A stretch of 64,000 nucleotides of DNA from an uncultured delta proteobacterium (GCA_963767925.1 CAVYGB010000008.1:448001-512000); one strand, 5' to 3'; positions 25,879 through 40,476 are shown, counted from the first letter of the stretch. The notes: generated from the letters alone by a model not told the origin. A program made the numbers and translations.

Positions 25879-27776
25879 GGGGTGGGCTCCAGGCCGGGGG
25901 GGACGGGGAAATACGGCTGCTTGGGTCCGACGGCGTGGCCGCCCGGGATGGGCACCCCCAGCTCGTCGATCCGGAAGACCGTCTCGGGCAAGCGCAGCGA
26001 CTCGCGCAGCTTGTCCATGGTCGTGGGGACGAAGGGGTAGAGCATGATCATGAGGTTCTTGAGGACGTAAAACGCCGAGTAGAGGGCGTCCTTGCGCGCC
26101 TCCAGCGGGTGGCGGTCGTCGTGGGGCTTGTACTGGGCGAACAGGCCGTTGACGATGCGGGCGTAGTTTTCCAGCTCGAACAGCAGGTTGGGGAAGTCGG
26201 ACCGCTCCATCGATTTGACGTAGCGCTGGACCATGCGGACCGTGTCCTTGACCACCCCCTCGAGGAGCTTGCCCTCGGGCACCTGGCCCTCGAACTTGGA
26301 GTGGGCGGCGGAGATGGGCCGTTCGAAGGCGGCGTTGAGGGGGCCGGCCAGGAACCGGTTGCGCTCGTCGAGCTTGGCGAGGTCGAAGTCCGAGGACTTG
26401 TCCGACAGGCCCAGCAGGGCCAGGTAATACCGGATCTGGTCGGGGGCGTAGCCCTTCTCGTCCAGCAGGTCGTCGCCCCGGTAGAAGTTGCCCCGGCTCT
26501 TGCTCATCTTCTCGCCCGCCACCAGCAGGTGGAAGCAGCCCACGATGTCGGTGAGCTGGAGCTCGCCGGGCAGGGGCAGCCGGTGGGGGTCGGCCTGGGT
26601 GCCGAGCCAGAGGGCCCCCTGCATCAGCACGTAGAAGAAGACGTTGTCCTGCCCGAGGAACTGGGTGATGCGGGCCTGGGGGTCCTTCCAGAACTCGGCG
26701 TAGCGCCCCGGGTCCTCGCCCCGGTTCTGCAGGGCCACCTGGGTGAAGGCGATGGGGGCGATCAGCGAGTCGGGCCAGACGTAGAGGGTCTTGCCCACCA
26801 GATCGGGGTCGAGGTCCGGGACCGGGATGCCCCAGGCGATGTCGCGGGTGATCGAGCGGTGGGCCCAGTCGTCGGCCAGGGTCGACTCGATCCCCGCCGC
26901 CGCCAGCGCCTGTTGCCCGGTCTGCAGATCCGGCTTGTTGTTGAACTGCAGGACCATCTTCTTGCCCGGGGCGTATTTGCTCTTGTGCGCCGGGAGGGTC
27001 GCCTTGAGCTCCTTGTAGCGGGCCTCGTGTTCGCCCTCGAAGCGCAGGGCGGGCAGGACCTTCTCCAGGGTGTCGGCGATGACCGAGGGGCGCCAGGTCT
27101 TCTTCTTGCCCTCGATCCAGACCCGCAGGGTCTCCGAGACCGACCACATGTCGAGCCACCAGTGCACGGTGTCGCGCATCTCGGGGGTGACGCCGCTGAG
27201 CACGCTGCGGGGGTTGATGAGGGCGGTGGGCTCGTGCTGGTGCCCGCAGCGGTCGCACTCGTCGCTGTAGGCGCTCTCGTAGCCACACTTGGGGTTGGGG
27301 CAGGTGCCCCGCACCAGCCGGTCGGGCAGGAAGCGGGCGAGCTGGGGGTCGTACCACTGCCGGCTGGTGCGCTTCTCCAGGAGGCCGTTTTCGTGCAGGC
27401 GGCGCAGGAAGAAGTCGCTGAGGGCCTTCTGCAGGGGGAAACAGTCGGGGCGGGAGGTGCCGCTGTAGACGTCCACCGAGATGGCGTAGCGCTGCAAGGT
27501 GCTGCGCTGCTGGTCGTGGATGCCGTCGATGAAGTCCCGGATCGGCACCCCCGCCGCGGCCGCCGAGACCTCGCTGGTCGAGCCGTGGTCGTCGGTGCCG
27601 TTGACGAACAGGACCTTGTCCCGGCCGATCAACATGCCCATCCAGCGGGCGTGGATGTCCGCCGGCAGGTGGGCCCCCGCCAGGTGGCCCAGGTGCAGGG
27701 GGCCGTTGGCGTAGGGCATCCCCGAGGTGACGAGCGCCCGGGAGGGTCGTTGAACGTTCTTCAGGACCGACGCCAC
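25875..27776 (-). CDS. metG: Methionine-tRNA ligase (no C-terminal tRNA-binding appendix)
   Basis: [17 protein letters not shown], zinc knuckle CPNPKC...CDRC, YVWPD and KMSKS. Start uncertain (GTG at 27776 or 27839). Confidence 0.93.
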   Translation of the reverse strand: MASVLKNVQRPSRALVTSGMPYANGPLHLGHLAGAHLPADIHARWMGMLIGRDKVLFVNGTDDHGSTSEVSAAAAGVPIRDFIDGIHDQQRSTLQRYAISVDVYSGTSRPDCFPLQKALSDFFLRRLHENGLLEKRTSRQWYDPQLARFLPDRLVRGTCPNPKCGYESAYSDECDRCGHQHEPTALINPRSVLSGVTPEMRDTVHWWLDMWSVSETLRVWIEGKKKTWRPSVIADTLEKVLPALRFEGEHEARYKELKATLPAHKSKYAPGKKMVLQFNNKPDLQTGQQALAAAGIESTLADDWAHRSITRDIAWGIPVPDLDPDLVGKTLYVWPDSLIAPIAFTQVALQNRGEDPGRYAEFWKDPQARITQFLGQDNVFFYVLMQGALWLGTQADPHRLPLPGELQLTDIVGCFHLLVAGEKMSKSRGNFYRGDDLLDEKGYAPDQIRYYLALLGLSDKSSDFDLAKLDERNRFLAGPLNAAFERPISAAHSKFEGQVPEGKLLEGVVKDTVRMVQRYVKSMERSDFPNLLFELENYARIVNGLFAQYKPHDDRHPLEARKDALYSAFYVLKNLMIMLYPFVPTTMDKLRESLRLPETVFRIDELGVPIPGGHAVGPKQPYFPVPPGLEPTP

Positions 27777-27921
27777 GTCGGTCGGGACGTGGGGATTTTT
27801 GCCCGCCGCGGGGTCTCGGGGTGGTTTTCCGTCTGCCACAGGAGCCGGAGAGCTTGCCTCGTACGGCGCGCCGGTACAAGTTTCTCCCAGCGGGCCCCCG
27901 CTTCGGCTAGGCTTGGGCGTC

Positions 27922-29325
27922 ATGTCCGAGACGGTGAGCATCTCCCAGGCGCTGGCCGGGAAGGTCCCCCCTGCCACCCCGGTGACCGTTCGCGGCTGGG
28001 TCCGCACGCGCCGCGACTCGAAGGCCGGGGTCTCCTTCGTCCACCTGCATGACGGGTCCTGCTTCGATCCGCTGCAGGTCGTCGTCTCCGGGGAGCTGGC
28101 CAACTACCAGAGCGAGGTGCTGAAGCTGACCGCCGGCTGCGCCCTGGTGGCCAGCGGCGTGCTGGTGCCCAGCCAGGGCAAGGGCCAGGCGGTCGAGCTG
28201 CAGGCCAGCAGCGTGCAGGTGGTGGGCTGGGTCGACGACCCCGAGAGCTACCCCATCTCGCAAAAGCGCCACACCCTGGAGTACCTGCGCGAGGTGGCCC
28301 ACCTGCGGCCTCGCACCAACACCATCGGGGCGGTGACCCGGGTGCGCCATTGCCTGAGCCAGGCCATCCATCGATTTTTCCACGAGAACGAGTTCTTCTG
28401 GATCCACACCCCCATCATCACGGCCAGCGACTGCGAGGGGGCGGGGGAGCTGTTCCGGGTCAGCACCCTCGACCTGGCCAACCTGCCGCGCGATCCGGCG
28501 GGCAAGGCCGACTTCTCCCGGGACTTCTTCGGCAAGGAGGCCTTCCTCACGGTGAGCGGGCAGCTCAACGTGGAGACCTATTGCCTGGCGCTGAGCAAGG
28601 TCTACACCTTCGGGCCCACCTTCCGGGCCGAGAACAGCAACACGAGCCGCCACCTGGCGGAGTTCTGGATGGTCGAGCCCGAGATCGCCTTCGCCGACCT
28701 CGCCGCCGACGCCGACCTGGCCGAACGCTTCCTGAAGTACATCCTGCGGGCCCTGCTGAACGAGCGGCAGGACGACATGAAGTTCTTCGTCGAGCGGGTC
28801 GACAAGGACGCCATCTCCCGGGTCGAGAAGTTCGTCGAGGCGAGCTTCGAGCGCATGACCTACACCGAGGCGGTGGCCGCCCTGGAGAAGAGCGGCAAGA
28901 AGTTCGAGTACCCGGTCCGCTGGGGCATGGACCTGCAGTCCGAGCACGAGCGCTGGCTGACCGAGGAGCACGTCGGCCGCCCGCTGGTCGTCACCAACTA
29001 CCCCAAGGAGATCAAGGCGTTTTACATGCGCCTCGACGAGGGGGAGAAGACGGTGGCGGCCATGGACGTGCTGGCCCCCGGGATCGGCGAGATCATCGGC
29101 GGCTCGCAGCGCGAGGAGCGGCTCGACGTGCTCGACCGGCGCCTGGTCGAGATGAAGCTCGATCCCAAGGTCTACTGGTGGTACCGGGACCTGCGCCGGT
29201 ACGGCACCGTCCCCCACGCCGGGTTCGGCCTGGGGCTCGAGCGGACCATCCTCTACGCCACCGGGATGGGAAACATCCGGGACGTCATCCCCTTCCCCCG
29301 CGCCCCCGGCCAGGCCGCCTTCTGA
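27922..29325 (+). CDS. asnS: Asparagine-tRNA ligase
   Basis: [50 protein letters not shown] and GFGLGLER. Confidence 0.97.
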   Translation: MSETVSISQALAGKVPPATPVTVRGWVRTRRDSKAGVSFVHLHDGSCFDPLQVVVSGELANYQSEVLKLTAGCALVASGVLVPSQGKGQAVELQASSVQVVGWVDDPESYPISQKRHTLEYLREVAHLRPRTNTIGAVTRVRHCLSQAIHRFFHENEFFWIHTPIITASDCEGAGELFRVSTLDLANLPRDPAGKADFSRDFFGKEAFLTVSGQLNVETYCLALSKVYTFGPTFRAENSNTSRHLAEFWMVEPEIAFADLAADADLAERFLKYILRALLNERQDDMKFFVERVDKDAISRVEKFVEASFERMTYTEAVAALEKSGKKFEYPVRWGMDLQSEHERWLTEEHVGRPLVVTNYPKEIKAFYMRLDEGEKTVAAMDVLAPGIGEIIGGSQREERLDVLDRRLVEMKLDPKVYWWYRDLRRYGTVPHAGFGLGLERTILYATGMGNIRDVIPFPRAPGQAAF

Positions 29326-29345
29326 GGGCGGTCGTCGGGCGGGCT

Positions 29346-32705
<3,360 letters not shown>

Positions 32706-32935
32706 CGCGACCGGAGCCCCGGGAAGGCTCCCCGCCTCCCGCGACGAGAGGCTCCGGCGGCGCCGCGTGCGCCTCCACGCGGTTGCGACGAAGGCACGGA
32801 CAGTCTGGCCGACACGGTGAAAGCTACTATGAGTCAGGGTCCGAGCATGTCAACCCTGGGCCTGCGGACGCTGCCCGACGGAGATCGTGCGCGCCGGGCC
32901 TCGCCCCTGGCATGGGTGTGTCGTACATCTTCGGG

Positions 32936-34773
32936 ATGGGCTCGGTGGCTCGGCCGGAGGGAACCGCCCGCGTCGCCTCGGCGCTGCAGGCGCTGGGGAT
33001 CGACCGGCTGCTGCTGACCGTCCACGACGCCAGCTTCCCGCTCTCGCCCGGCGAGGACGTGGGGCGGGGGTCGCCCTATTCGGGGGCGGCGGGGCGCTTC
33101 CTCGGCTTCGTGCGCGCGCTGGGGTTCACCGGCGTGCAACTCGGGCCCCAGGGCAAGACTTCCCTCTACAACCCCTCCCCGTTCGACGGAACGCTGTTCG
33201 CCCGCTCATCGGCCTCCATCGCGCTGGGGGAGCTGGCCGCCGGCGAACGCTGGCAGGGGCTCCTGTCCCCCGAGCTGCTCGCGCGCCTGACCGCCGGGCT
33301 GCCCGAGGAAGCGGCCGAGCGGGTCGCCCACCGCTACGCCTGGCAGGCCCAGGAGGAGGCCCTGGCCGCCGCCTTCGCCGAGCTGCGGGCGCGGGGCCGG
33401 GGCGGGGCGGCGCTGGCGGCCGAGCAGGCGGCCTTCGCCACCGAGCACCGGGACTGGCTGCCGGCCGACGGGCGCTACGAGGCGCTCATCCGCCGCTATG
33501 GCACCGACGACTGGCGGGTGTGGCCGGCGCAGCCGGAGCCGCTGCGGCCCGAGGAGGAGGTGCTCGCCGCCCGCAACGGGTTCGGCCAGCTCGTGGCCCA
33601 CACCCAGCACCAGGCGCTGCGGGCGCGGGTGGCGGGCCTGGGGCTCAAGCTTTACGGCGATCTCCAGGTGGGCACCTCGCTGCGCGATCTCTGGCTGCAC
33701 CGGGCGCTGTTCCTCGGCGACTACGTGATGGGCGCGCCCCCCAGCCGCACCAACCCCGAGGGCCAGCCCTGGGGCTACCCGGTGCTCGATCCGGCCGGTT
33801 ATCAAGCCGGGGGGGAGAGGGGGCGCTGCGGTTCTTCCGGGCCCGGCTCGACAAGGCCTTCGTCGAGTTCGACGGCCTGCGCGTCGATCACCCCCACGGG
33901 CTGTGTTGCCCCTGGGTCTACCGGGCGGGCACGCCCGATCCGCTGCGCGCGGTGCAGGCCGGGGCCCGTCTGCACGACTCGCCGGACCTGCCGGATCACC
34001 CGGCGCTGGCCGCCTTCGCCATCGCCCGGCCCGAGCAGCTCGACGCGCGTCCCGGACACCCCCGCTACGCCGACGACTGGGTGCGGGCGCTGACCCCCGA
34101 GCAGGTCGCGCGCTACGGCGTCCTGTTCGACGCTCTGCTGGCCTCGGCCGAGCGGCACGGGCGCGATCGGGGCGACATCGCCTGCGAGGTGCTCAGCACC
34201 TGCCCCTTCCCGCTGGCGGCGGTGCTCGGCCGCCACGGGCTGGGCCGCTTCCGGGTGACCCAGAAGGCCGACCCGCTCGACCCGGGCGATCCCTACCGGG
34301 CGGCGGAGGCGCTCCCCGCCGACTGGGTCATGCTCGGCACCCACGACACGCCCCCCATCTGGCAGGTGATGCCGGGCTGGGCCCGCACGCCCCGCCTGGC
34401 GGCCTGGGCCGGGTACCTCGCCGATCGGCTGGCGTCGGGGGCCGGGCGGGCCGCGTTCGCCGCCGAGCTGGAGCGGGACCCCGGTCGGCTGGCCACCGCG
34501 CTGATGGCCGACCTGTTCCTGGGACCCGCCCGCCAGGTCTCGGTGTTCTTCCCGGACCTGTTCGGCATCCGGGAGATCTACAACCGCCCTGGCGTGGTCG
34601 ATCCGGCGAACTGGAGCCTGCGGGTCCCGGCCGAGTGGGAGGCCGCCTACGCCGCCGGCTGCGCGCGGGGTGAGGCCCTCGACCTGCGGGCGGCGCTCGC
34701 CCTGGCCCTGCGCGCCCGCGCAGCGGGCAGCGAAGGTTCCCTGACCGCCCTGGCCAGCGCCCTGGAGACATGA
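32936..34773 (+). pseudogene. malQ: 4-alpha-glucanotransferase (GH77) split by a frameshift in a G-rich tract at about 33809-33823
   Basis: Frame 1 has [13 protein letters not shown] and [16 protein letters not shown] different frame continues with [16 protein letters not shown] and NRPG...NWSLRVP. May be a sequencing error rather than a true pseudogene. Confidence 0.82.
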
Positions 34774-35001
34774 AAGCGGCGAAACCCGGGGGGACGGGTT
34801 GGTGTTGGGTGCTGTTTGCGTCAGGCGGGGGGGCGCGTCAGGGGCATAATTACCCGGGCCTGGCTGGACCACCCTCGGGGCTCCATGCGATGCTTGGCGC
34901 GAAGCCTCATGTGAGGTTGGCGCGAGCTGCTCCGGCGCCGACCATCAAATGGAGGGGCGGCAAGGGTCCCTCGAACTTCGCGATGTAAGGAACGGATACA
35001 G

Positions 35002-36735
35002 ATGGGCGAATTCGCGCCACTGAGCTTGAAGTCGGCACCCTGGAAGGTGGTCAGCCTCGCGACGCTCAAGCGGGACGGTCGCCTGCACCTGCCCGATCTG
35101 CAGCGTGGCTTCGTCTGGACGGCAGAGCGGGTGCGGGCCCTGCACGACTCCCTCTACCGGTCGTACCCGGTGGGCGCCCTGCTGCTCTGGGAGCCGACCT
35201 GGGAAGGGCCGGAGGCCCCCTTCTCCACCCGCCCCTGGGACATCTGCCCGCCCGACGAGACCACCGGGCGCGGCGTCCCCGAGACGGGCAAGGCGATCTC
35301 GCCCGGCTCGCTGTTCGTGCTCGACGGGCAGCAGCGCCTGACCTCGATCTTCCGGATCATCTTTCGCAGCCGGATCCGCAGCAGCAACACGCCCGACCCC
35401 GATCTGCTGGTGGCCCTGTCGCCCGAGCCCGAGTGGGTGGAGAACCCCTTTCAGCTCCGCTCGCGCAGCCTGCACAAGAAGCGCAAGGACGGGCTGCTGG
35501 TGCCGGCGGAGATCCTGTTCGAGGGCGTGCGGGGGGGCAACGAGAGCATGGCCGTGCAGCGGGCCCTGGGCGAGTGGATCAACCCCACCGACGAGCGCTT
35601 CTTCCGGGCCCTCGATCGGGCCAACGCCATCCGCACCGCCATCTTGCACGCCGAGATCATCGCATACGAGGTGGACGCCGAGGCCAACGACGAGAACGTC
35701 ATCGAGATCTTCGCCCGCCTCAACCAGCAGGGCGTGCGCCTGCGCCCGGGGGACCTGGCGGCTGCCCGCCTCACCGGGCAGATGGCCAACTTCCGCCGCC
35801 AGGCCCGCCAGGTGCTGGCCATGCACGAGCTGCGGGGGTTCGCGGTCGTCGAGGGGCAAGAGGAGGGCAGCCGCAGCGGCGCCTTCGTCGACACGGATCT
35901 ATTGATCCGGGCGGCGATGTTCCTCGGCAGCGGCGGGGTCCGCTACCGCGACGCCGAGAAGAAGAAGGCCGCCGCCAACTATCAGAACATCGAGGCCGCC
36001 TGGGAGCCGGCGGTCGAGGGGTTCAAGAAGGCGGTGGCGATGTTCCGGCGGGCGGGGGTCCCCTCGGGCGACTGGCTGCCCTACCGCTACCTGCTGTTCG
36101 CCCCCGCCATCGCGGTGGCGCGCGGTCACCGCCTGGGCGACAAGTGGGTGGCCTGGGCGCTGGCCGCCAGCCTGTGGCGCCACTACAGCGGCGAGGTCGA
36201 CACCAAGCTGCAGAAGGACGCGGTGCTGGCCGAGCAGGGGGACATCGACGGGCTGATCGAGCAGGTCAAGGTGCGGGCCAAGCGCGCCGAGAGCGCGCTG
36301 CCCGAGGACGAGGACGTCACCAAGAACATCCTCAGCGAGGGGGCGGTCTCGCTCTGCCTGCTGATGCACTTCGCCCAGGTGGGGGCCCGCTCGTTCCCGG
36401 GCGGCAAGCTGCTGCACGGGACGGAGGAGCCGCTCGAGCTGCGCTACATCTTCCCCCGGGCGGTGATCGACCGATACCCCGAGCGGGACAACGAGTTCGT
36501 CCCCGACCGGCTGGGCAACCTCACCATCGTGACCCGCTCGGACAACGAACACCTGGGAGAGACCTCTCCCGACCGCTACCTGCCCCGGGTAGACGTGCGC
36601 GAGCGCGCCACCCACCTCATCCCCGAAGATCCCGTCCTGTGGCGGGTCGAGGACTTCAAGACCTTCTGCGAGACGCGCGAGGGTGAGCTGGGCGGCATGA
36701 TCCGCGGCCTGCTGACCCGCCTGGGGCTGGTCTAG
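35002..36735 (+). CDS. GmrSD-like protein: DUF262 N-terminal domain plus degenerate HNH-like C-terminal domain
   Basis: LPDLQRGFVW, YPVGALLLW, LDGQQRLTS and IFARLNQQG (DUF262). C-terminal RYIFP...LGNL....N. AAGGA upstream. Confidence 0.85.
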   Translation: MGEFAPLSLKSAPWKVVSLATLKRDGRLHLPDLQRGFVWTAERVRALHDSLYRSYPVGALLLWEPTWEGPEAPFSTRPWDICPPDETTGRGVPETGKAISPGSLFVLDGQQRLTSIFRIIFRSRIRSSNTPDPDLLVALSPEPEWVENPFQLRSRSLHKKRKDGLLVPAEILFEGVRGGNESMAVQRALGEWINPTDERFFRALDRANAIRTAILHAEIIAYEVDAEANDENVIEIFARLNQQGVRLRPGDLAAARLTGQMANFRRQARQVLAMHELRGFAVVEGQEEGSRSGAFVDTDLLIRAAMFLGSGGVRYRDAEKKKAAANYQNIEAAWEPAVEGFKKAVAMFRRAGVPSGDWLPYRYLLFAPAIAVARGHRLGDKWVAWALAASLWRHYSGEVDTKLQKDAVLAEQGDIDGLIEQVKVRAKRAESALPEDEDVTKNILSEGAVSLCLLMHFAQVGARSFPGGKLLHGTEEPLELRYIFPRAVIDRYPERDNEFVPDRLGNLTIVTRSDNEHLGETSPDRYLPRVDVRERATHLIPEDPVLWRVEDFKTFCETREGELGGMIRGLLTRLGLV

Positions 36736-36745
36736 CGGCTGACGG

Positions 36746-39445
36746 CTATTCCTCGCGGAGGGCGGCGCAGGGGTCGATCCGGGTCGCGCGGCGCGCGGGC
36801 AGCCAGGCCGCCAGCAGCCCGACCGCCATCAGCAGCAGCGTGACGGCGGTGAAGGCGATCGGATCGGTCGGCGTCACCCCGAACAGGAACCGCTGCAGCA
36901 CGCGCGTCACGCCGGCAGCCCCGGCGAAGCCGACGAGCAGGCCGGCGGCGACGATGAGGAACGCGCGCCCGAGCACGAGGCGGAGGACGTCGCGGCGGCC
37001 GGCGCCGAGGGCCATGCGCACGCCGATCTCGCGGCGGCGCTGGGTCACCGCATACGCCATCAAGCCGTAGATCCCGAACGTCGCGATCAGCGTCGCGGTC
37101 AGGGCGAACAGCGCCAGCAGCAACATCCGGAAACGCGGCTGCGCCAGCGACGCCGCCACCGCTTCGTCCATCGTCACCGTGCTCTCGATCGCCAGATCGG
37201 GCACCGCGCGGCGAATCTCGGCCCGGATACCCTCGATCACGCTGGCGGGGGTGGCCGTGCGGGCGACGAACGACACGAACCGCAGGAAGAAGGCGCCGGA
37301 CTCCTGCTGGAAGGGGACGTAGACCATGGGCTGTACCTCCTGATCGAGGCCCATCTGATGGATGTCCGCGACGACGCCCACCACCGTCCGCCACGCGTCG
37401 CCATCGCCCAGGCGCACGCGCCGGCCCAGCGCCGCGCCCGGACCACCGGGAAAATATTCGCGCACGATGCGGGCGCTGACGATCGCCACCTTCGGCGCCT
37501 CCGCCGTGTCCCGGGCGGTGAATTCGCGTCCCGCCAGCAGCGGAATCCCCATGGTCTTGAAGTACTCCGCGTCGATCTTCGGCCGGCCGGCGTCGAGCTC
37601 CGGCTTCGGCTGCCCTTCGATCTCGAAGTCGCTGCGGATGAACATCCGGCCGAAGGGCGCCGAGTTGATCAGGCTCGCGGACTTCACGCCCGGCAGATAG
37701 TGGATGCGATCGAGCACGCCCCGGGCGAAGGCCTGGATGCGCTCGGGCTGGTCGGAGAGCCGTTCGGGCAGCGTCACCTTGACGGTCTGCACGACGCCGT
37801 CGCGCCCGCGCGCTTCGAAGCCGGGCGACACCGACGTGAGGCGCACGAAGCTGTGAATCAGCAGGCCGGCGCCGATCAGGAGGACGAACGTCATCGCGAT
37901 CTGCGCGGCGACGAGCACCGTCCGCAGCCGCTCGCCCTGACTGTCACCCGTCGTGCGCGCGGCGCCCGCGTGCAGCGCGAGGCCTTCCCCGAACGCCACC
38001 CCGCTGACGCGCAGGGCGGGCAGCAGGCCGATCAGGAGCGTCGAGACCAGCGAAAGGCCGAGGCAAAACGCCAGCACCCGCCCGTCGATCACGATGCCGC
38101 CCAGGCGGGGAAACACGGAGGGCGGCACCAGCGGCAGCGTGACGTGGATCGCGATCTGGGCGAGCAACACGCCGAGGGTCGCGCCGCCCAGGGACAACAC
38201 GACCGCCTCCGTCAGCAACTGACGCACGATCCGCCGGCGTCCCGCGCCGAGGGCCATGCGGACGGACAGCTCGCCCCGGCGGGCGGTGAGGCGGGCCATC
38301 TGCAGGTGCGCGACGTTGACGCAGGCGATCAGCAGCACGAACGACACCGCCCCGAGCAGGATGAGCAGCAGCGTGCGCACCGACTCCGATCCGTAGGCCC
38401 GCAAGTCGACCACGCGCGCGAGCCGGCGGACGTTCGGGGCGAAGGCGCCTTCGAGCCCGAGGGCCCCGGCGGGGGCCACCGACGGATCGTTCACCAGCGC
38501 GGTCAACTCCGCTACCGCGCGCTCCCGGGTCAGGCCTGGCTTCAGGCGGCCCAGCAGGAAGAGAAACGCGCTCTGGCCGGTGTCGCCGGGCCAACGATTG
38601 GGCAGGAAGATGTCCGCTTCCGGCAGCGCGCCCTTCCGGATCACCGGCCGGAAGCTGAAGTCCGGCGGCAGCACCCCGACCACGGTGCGGGGGAGGCCAT
38701 CGAGGGTGATGGACCTTCCGACGATCGCGGGATCGGCGGCGAGCGTCGTGCGCCAGAGGCGATCGCTGACGATGGCGCTGCGGTCGTCCTGTGGCGCGGC
38801 GGCGCCGGTGAAGAAGGCGCGGCCGCGCGCGGGGCCGACGCCCAGGGTGGCGAAGAAGTTCGGGCTCACCTCGACCGCGGGCACCAGCAGCGGCTCGCCG
38901 CGTCCGGTGAGGGGCGCGTCGATCGGGGCGTAGGCCGCGAGCTGATCGAGCGCGCTGACGCGCGTGCGCAGCGCCTCGTACGACACGGGCGGCCAGGTGG
39001 AGAACGTCCTGAGTCCCGTCCCGGTCTGCTGCGAGGACGAGACGATGACGAGGCGATCGGCAGCGGGATAGGGCAGCGGACGCCAGAGCACGCCGTAGGC
39101 GACGGAGACGATCGCGGTGTTGAGGCCGATGCCGAGCGCGAGGGTGGCGAGGGCGGTGAAGGTGAACGCCGGGGCGCGCCCCATCAACCGGAGCGCGTGA
39201 CGCACGTCCTGGGCGAACGTCTCGACCGTCGCGAAGATCCAGGGATCGCGGGCCTGCTCGCGCAGCCGCAGCGGACTGCCGATCCGCCGCCGGGCGGCCG
39301 TCCGCGCCTGGTCGCCGCTCAAGCCCTCCGCCTCGGCCAGGGCGTCCGCCTTCATCTCCTCGTGAAAGCGCAGCTCGTCGTCCAGATCCCGATCGAACTG
39401 CTTCCGCCGGAAGAAGAACAGCAAACGTCGGAGCAGAGAACCCAC
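36746..39445 (-). CDS. Duplicated MacB/FtsX-type ABC permease (ADOP family)
   Basis: LDDELRFH prefix, QDVRHALR, LALGIGLNTAI, LLIACVNVA, two RMALGA repeats and PARRA..IDP..ALR terminus. AGGAGG RBS. Confidence 0.93.
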   Translation of the reverse strand: MGSLLRRLLFFFRRKQFDRDLDDELRFHEEMKADALAEAEGLSGDQARTAARRRIGSPLRLREQARDPWIFATVETFAQDVRHALRLMGRAPAFTFTALATLALGIGLNTAIVSVAYGVLWRPLPYPAADRLVIVSSSQQTGTGLRTFSTWPPVSYEALRTRVSALDQLAAYAPIDAPLTGRGEPLLVPAVEVSPNFFATLGVGPARGRAFFTGAAAPQDDRSAIVSDRLWRTTLAADPAIVGRSITLDGLPRTVVGVLPPDFSFRPVIRKGALPEADIFLPNRWPGDTGQSAFLFLLGRLKPGLTRERAVAELTALVNDPSVAPAGALGLEGAFAPNVRRLARVVDLRAYGSESVRTLLLILLGAVSFVLLIACVNVAHLQMARLTARRGELSVRMALGAGRRRIVRQLLTEAVVLSLGGATLGVLLAQIAIHVTLPLVPPSVFPRLGGIVIDGRVLAFCLGLSLVSTLLIGLLPALRVSGVAFGEGLALHAGAARTTGDSQGERLRTVLVAAQIAMTFVLLIGAGLLIHSFVRLTSVSPGFEARGRDGVVQTVKVTLPERLSDQPERIQAFARGVLDRIHYLPGVKSASLINSAPFGRMFIRSDFEIEGQPKPELDAGRPKIDAEYFKTMGIPLLAGREFTARDTAEAPKVAIVSARIVREYFPGGPGAALGRRVRLGDGDAWRTVVGVVADIHQMGLDQEVQPMVYVPFQQESGAFFLRFVSFVARTATPASVIEGIRAEIRRAVPDLAIESTVTMDEAVAASLAQPRFRMLLLALFALTATLIATFGIYGLMAYAVTQRRREIGVRMALGAGRRDVLRLVLGRAFLIVAAGLLVGFAGAAGVTRVLQRFLFGVTPTDPIAFTAVTLLLMAVGLLAAWLPARRATRIDPCAALREE

Positions 39446-39468
39446 GGCACCTCCTGGGAGTCAGGACA

Positions 39469-39813
39469 CTACGTCGTCTTCATCACGCGCATGATCGCGC
39501 CGAACATCTCGGAGAGCCGCGACTCCTCGAGGCCGAGCTGCTTCTTTCCGGTAGACGTGAGCGTGTAGAAGCGCGCGCGCCGGTTGTTCGCCGAGAGCTT
39601 CCACCTGGCCAGCACCCATCCCTTGACCAGCATCCGCTGCAGGGCCGGATACAGCGATCCCTCTTCGATCTTCAGCACGTCCGCCGACAGGAGCTGGATG
39701 TGCTGGGCGATGCCGTAGCCGTGCATCGACTCGATCGACAGCGTCTTGAGAATCAACATCTCGAGGGTGCCGGGAAGCAGCTCGTTCTTGCCCTTGGCCC
39801 TGGTTTCTTTCAT
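39469..39813 (-). CDS. PadR-family transcriptional regulator (type typically found upstream of ADOP permeases)
   Basis: GTLEMLILKTL, HGYGIA, EEGSLYPALQR and NNRRARFYTLT..GKKQL. Confidence 0.95.
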   Translation of the reverse strand: MKETRAKGKNELLPGTLEMLILKTLSIESMHGYGIAQHIQLLSADVLKIEEGSLYPALQRMLVKGWVLARWKLSANNRRARFYTLTSTGKKQLGLEESRLSEMFGAIMRVMKTT

Positions 39814-39819
39814 CAGCTT

Positions 39820-39847
39820 CTCTTTGCATAGACGAACTATGTAAGAG
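39820..39847. promoter_or_regulatory. Imperfect inverted repeat immediately upstream of padR (candidate PadR operator)
   Basis: CTCTTTGCATAG-acgaa-CTATGTAAGAG, AT-rich relative to the genome, 6 bp from the start codon. Confidence 0.55.
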
Positions 39848-39927
39848 GGCAGTCTCCTCCCTCTGCGGAGAGGCTGTCAACGGTTGACGATAGGCGTCGT
39901 CCGACGCGGCGAACCGGGCTGGGGCCT

Positions 39928-40476
39928 TCAGTTGGGGAAGGTGGGGAGGTCGAGGTCCTCGCACTTCGAGTCGACGGTCTTGCAGGAGGCCGGCTGCTCG
40001 AGGTTGGAGGGGAGGCTGGGGATGCCGCCGGTGAACTCCTGGCAGGTGGGGAGGGCCCCCTTCACCTGATCGAGGATCGGGACCATGTCGTTGATGCAGG
40101 CCTCGAGCTCGCCCACGGTGGCCCGGCAGGTGCTGGCGGGCTTCTCGCACGACGAGCCGATGGGATCGTTGGCCGGCCGGGCCAGGCACTGGTCGTAGGC
40201 GGTGGTGCAGGCGGCCTGCTTCTGGGGGAGGCCGCCGCTCACGAAGGCCCCCGCGGTGAGGCCAGCGCCCCGGCAGGACAGCTCCTTGATGTCGGGGGCG
40301 AAGTTGTCCGTCAGGAAGGTCTGGAGGGCGGTGCACACCTTCCGGGCGTCGTCCTCGCTGAGGCTGCCCAGCTCGGCGTCCTTGTTCACCCCGCTGGTGA
40401 AGGCCGCGCCGTTCCCGCCGCAGGTCACCGCCATCGCCGCCACGGCCAGCCCCGCCACCAGCAATCTTTGCGTCAT
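39928..40476 (-). CDS. Secreted Cys-rich hypothetical protein (probable lipoprotein)
   Basis: Signal-like N-terminus ending AVTC; many spaced Cys residues; host-like codons. Confidence 0.7.
   Translation of the reverse strand: MTQRLLVAGLAVAAMAVTCGGNGAAFTSGVNKDAELGSLSEDDARKVCTALQTFLTDNFAPDIKELSCRGAGLTAGAFVSGGLPQKQAACTTAYDQCLARPANDPIGSSCEKPASTCRATVGELEACINDMVPILDQVKGALPTCQEFTGGIPSLPSNLEQPASCKTVDSKCEDLDLPTFPN

Noticed and set aside
24307..27879. 1190-aa ORF as a fused giant synthetase
   Set aside because: The N-terminal half is an off-frame read of metG. The real gltX starts at GTG 25878.
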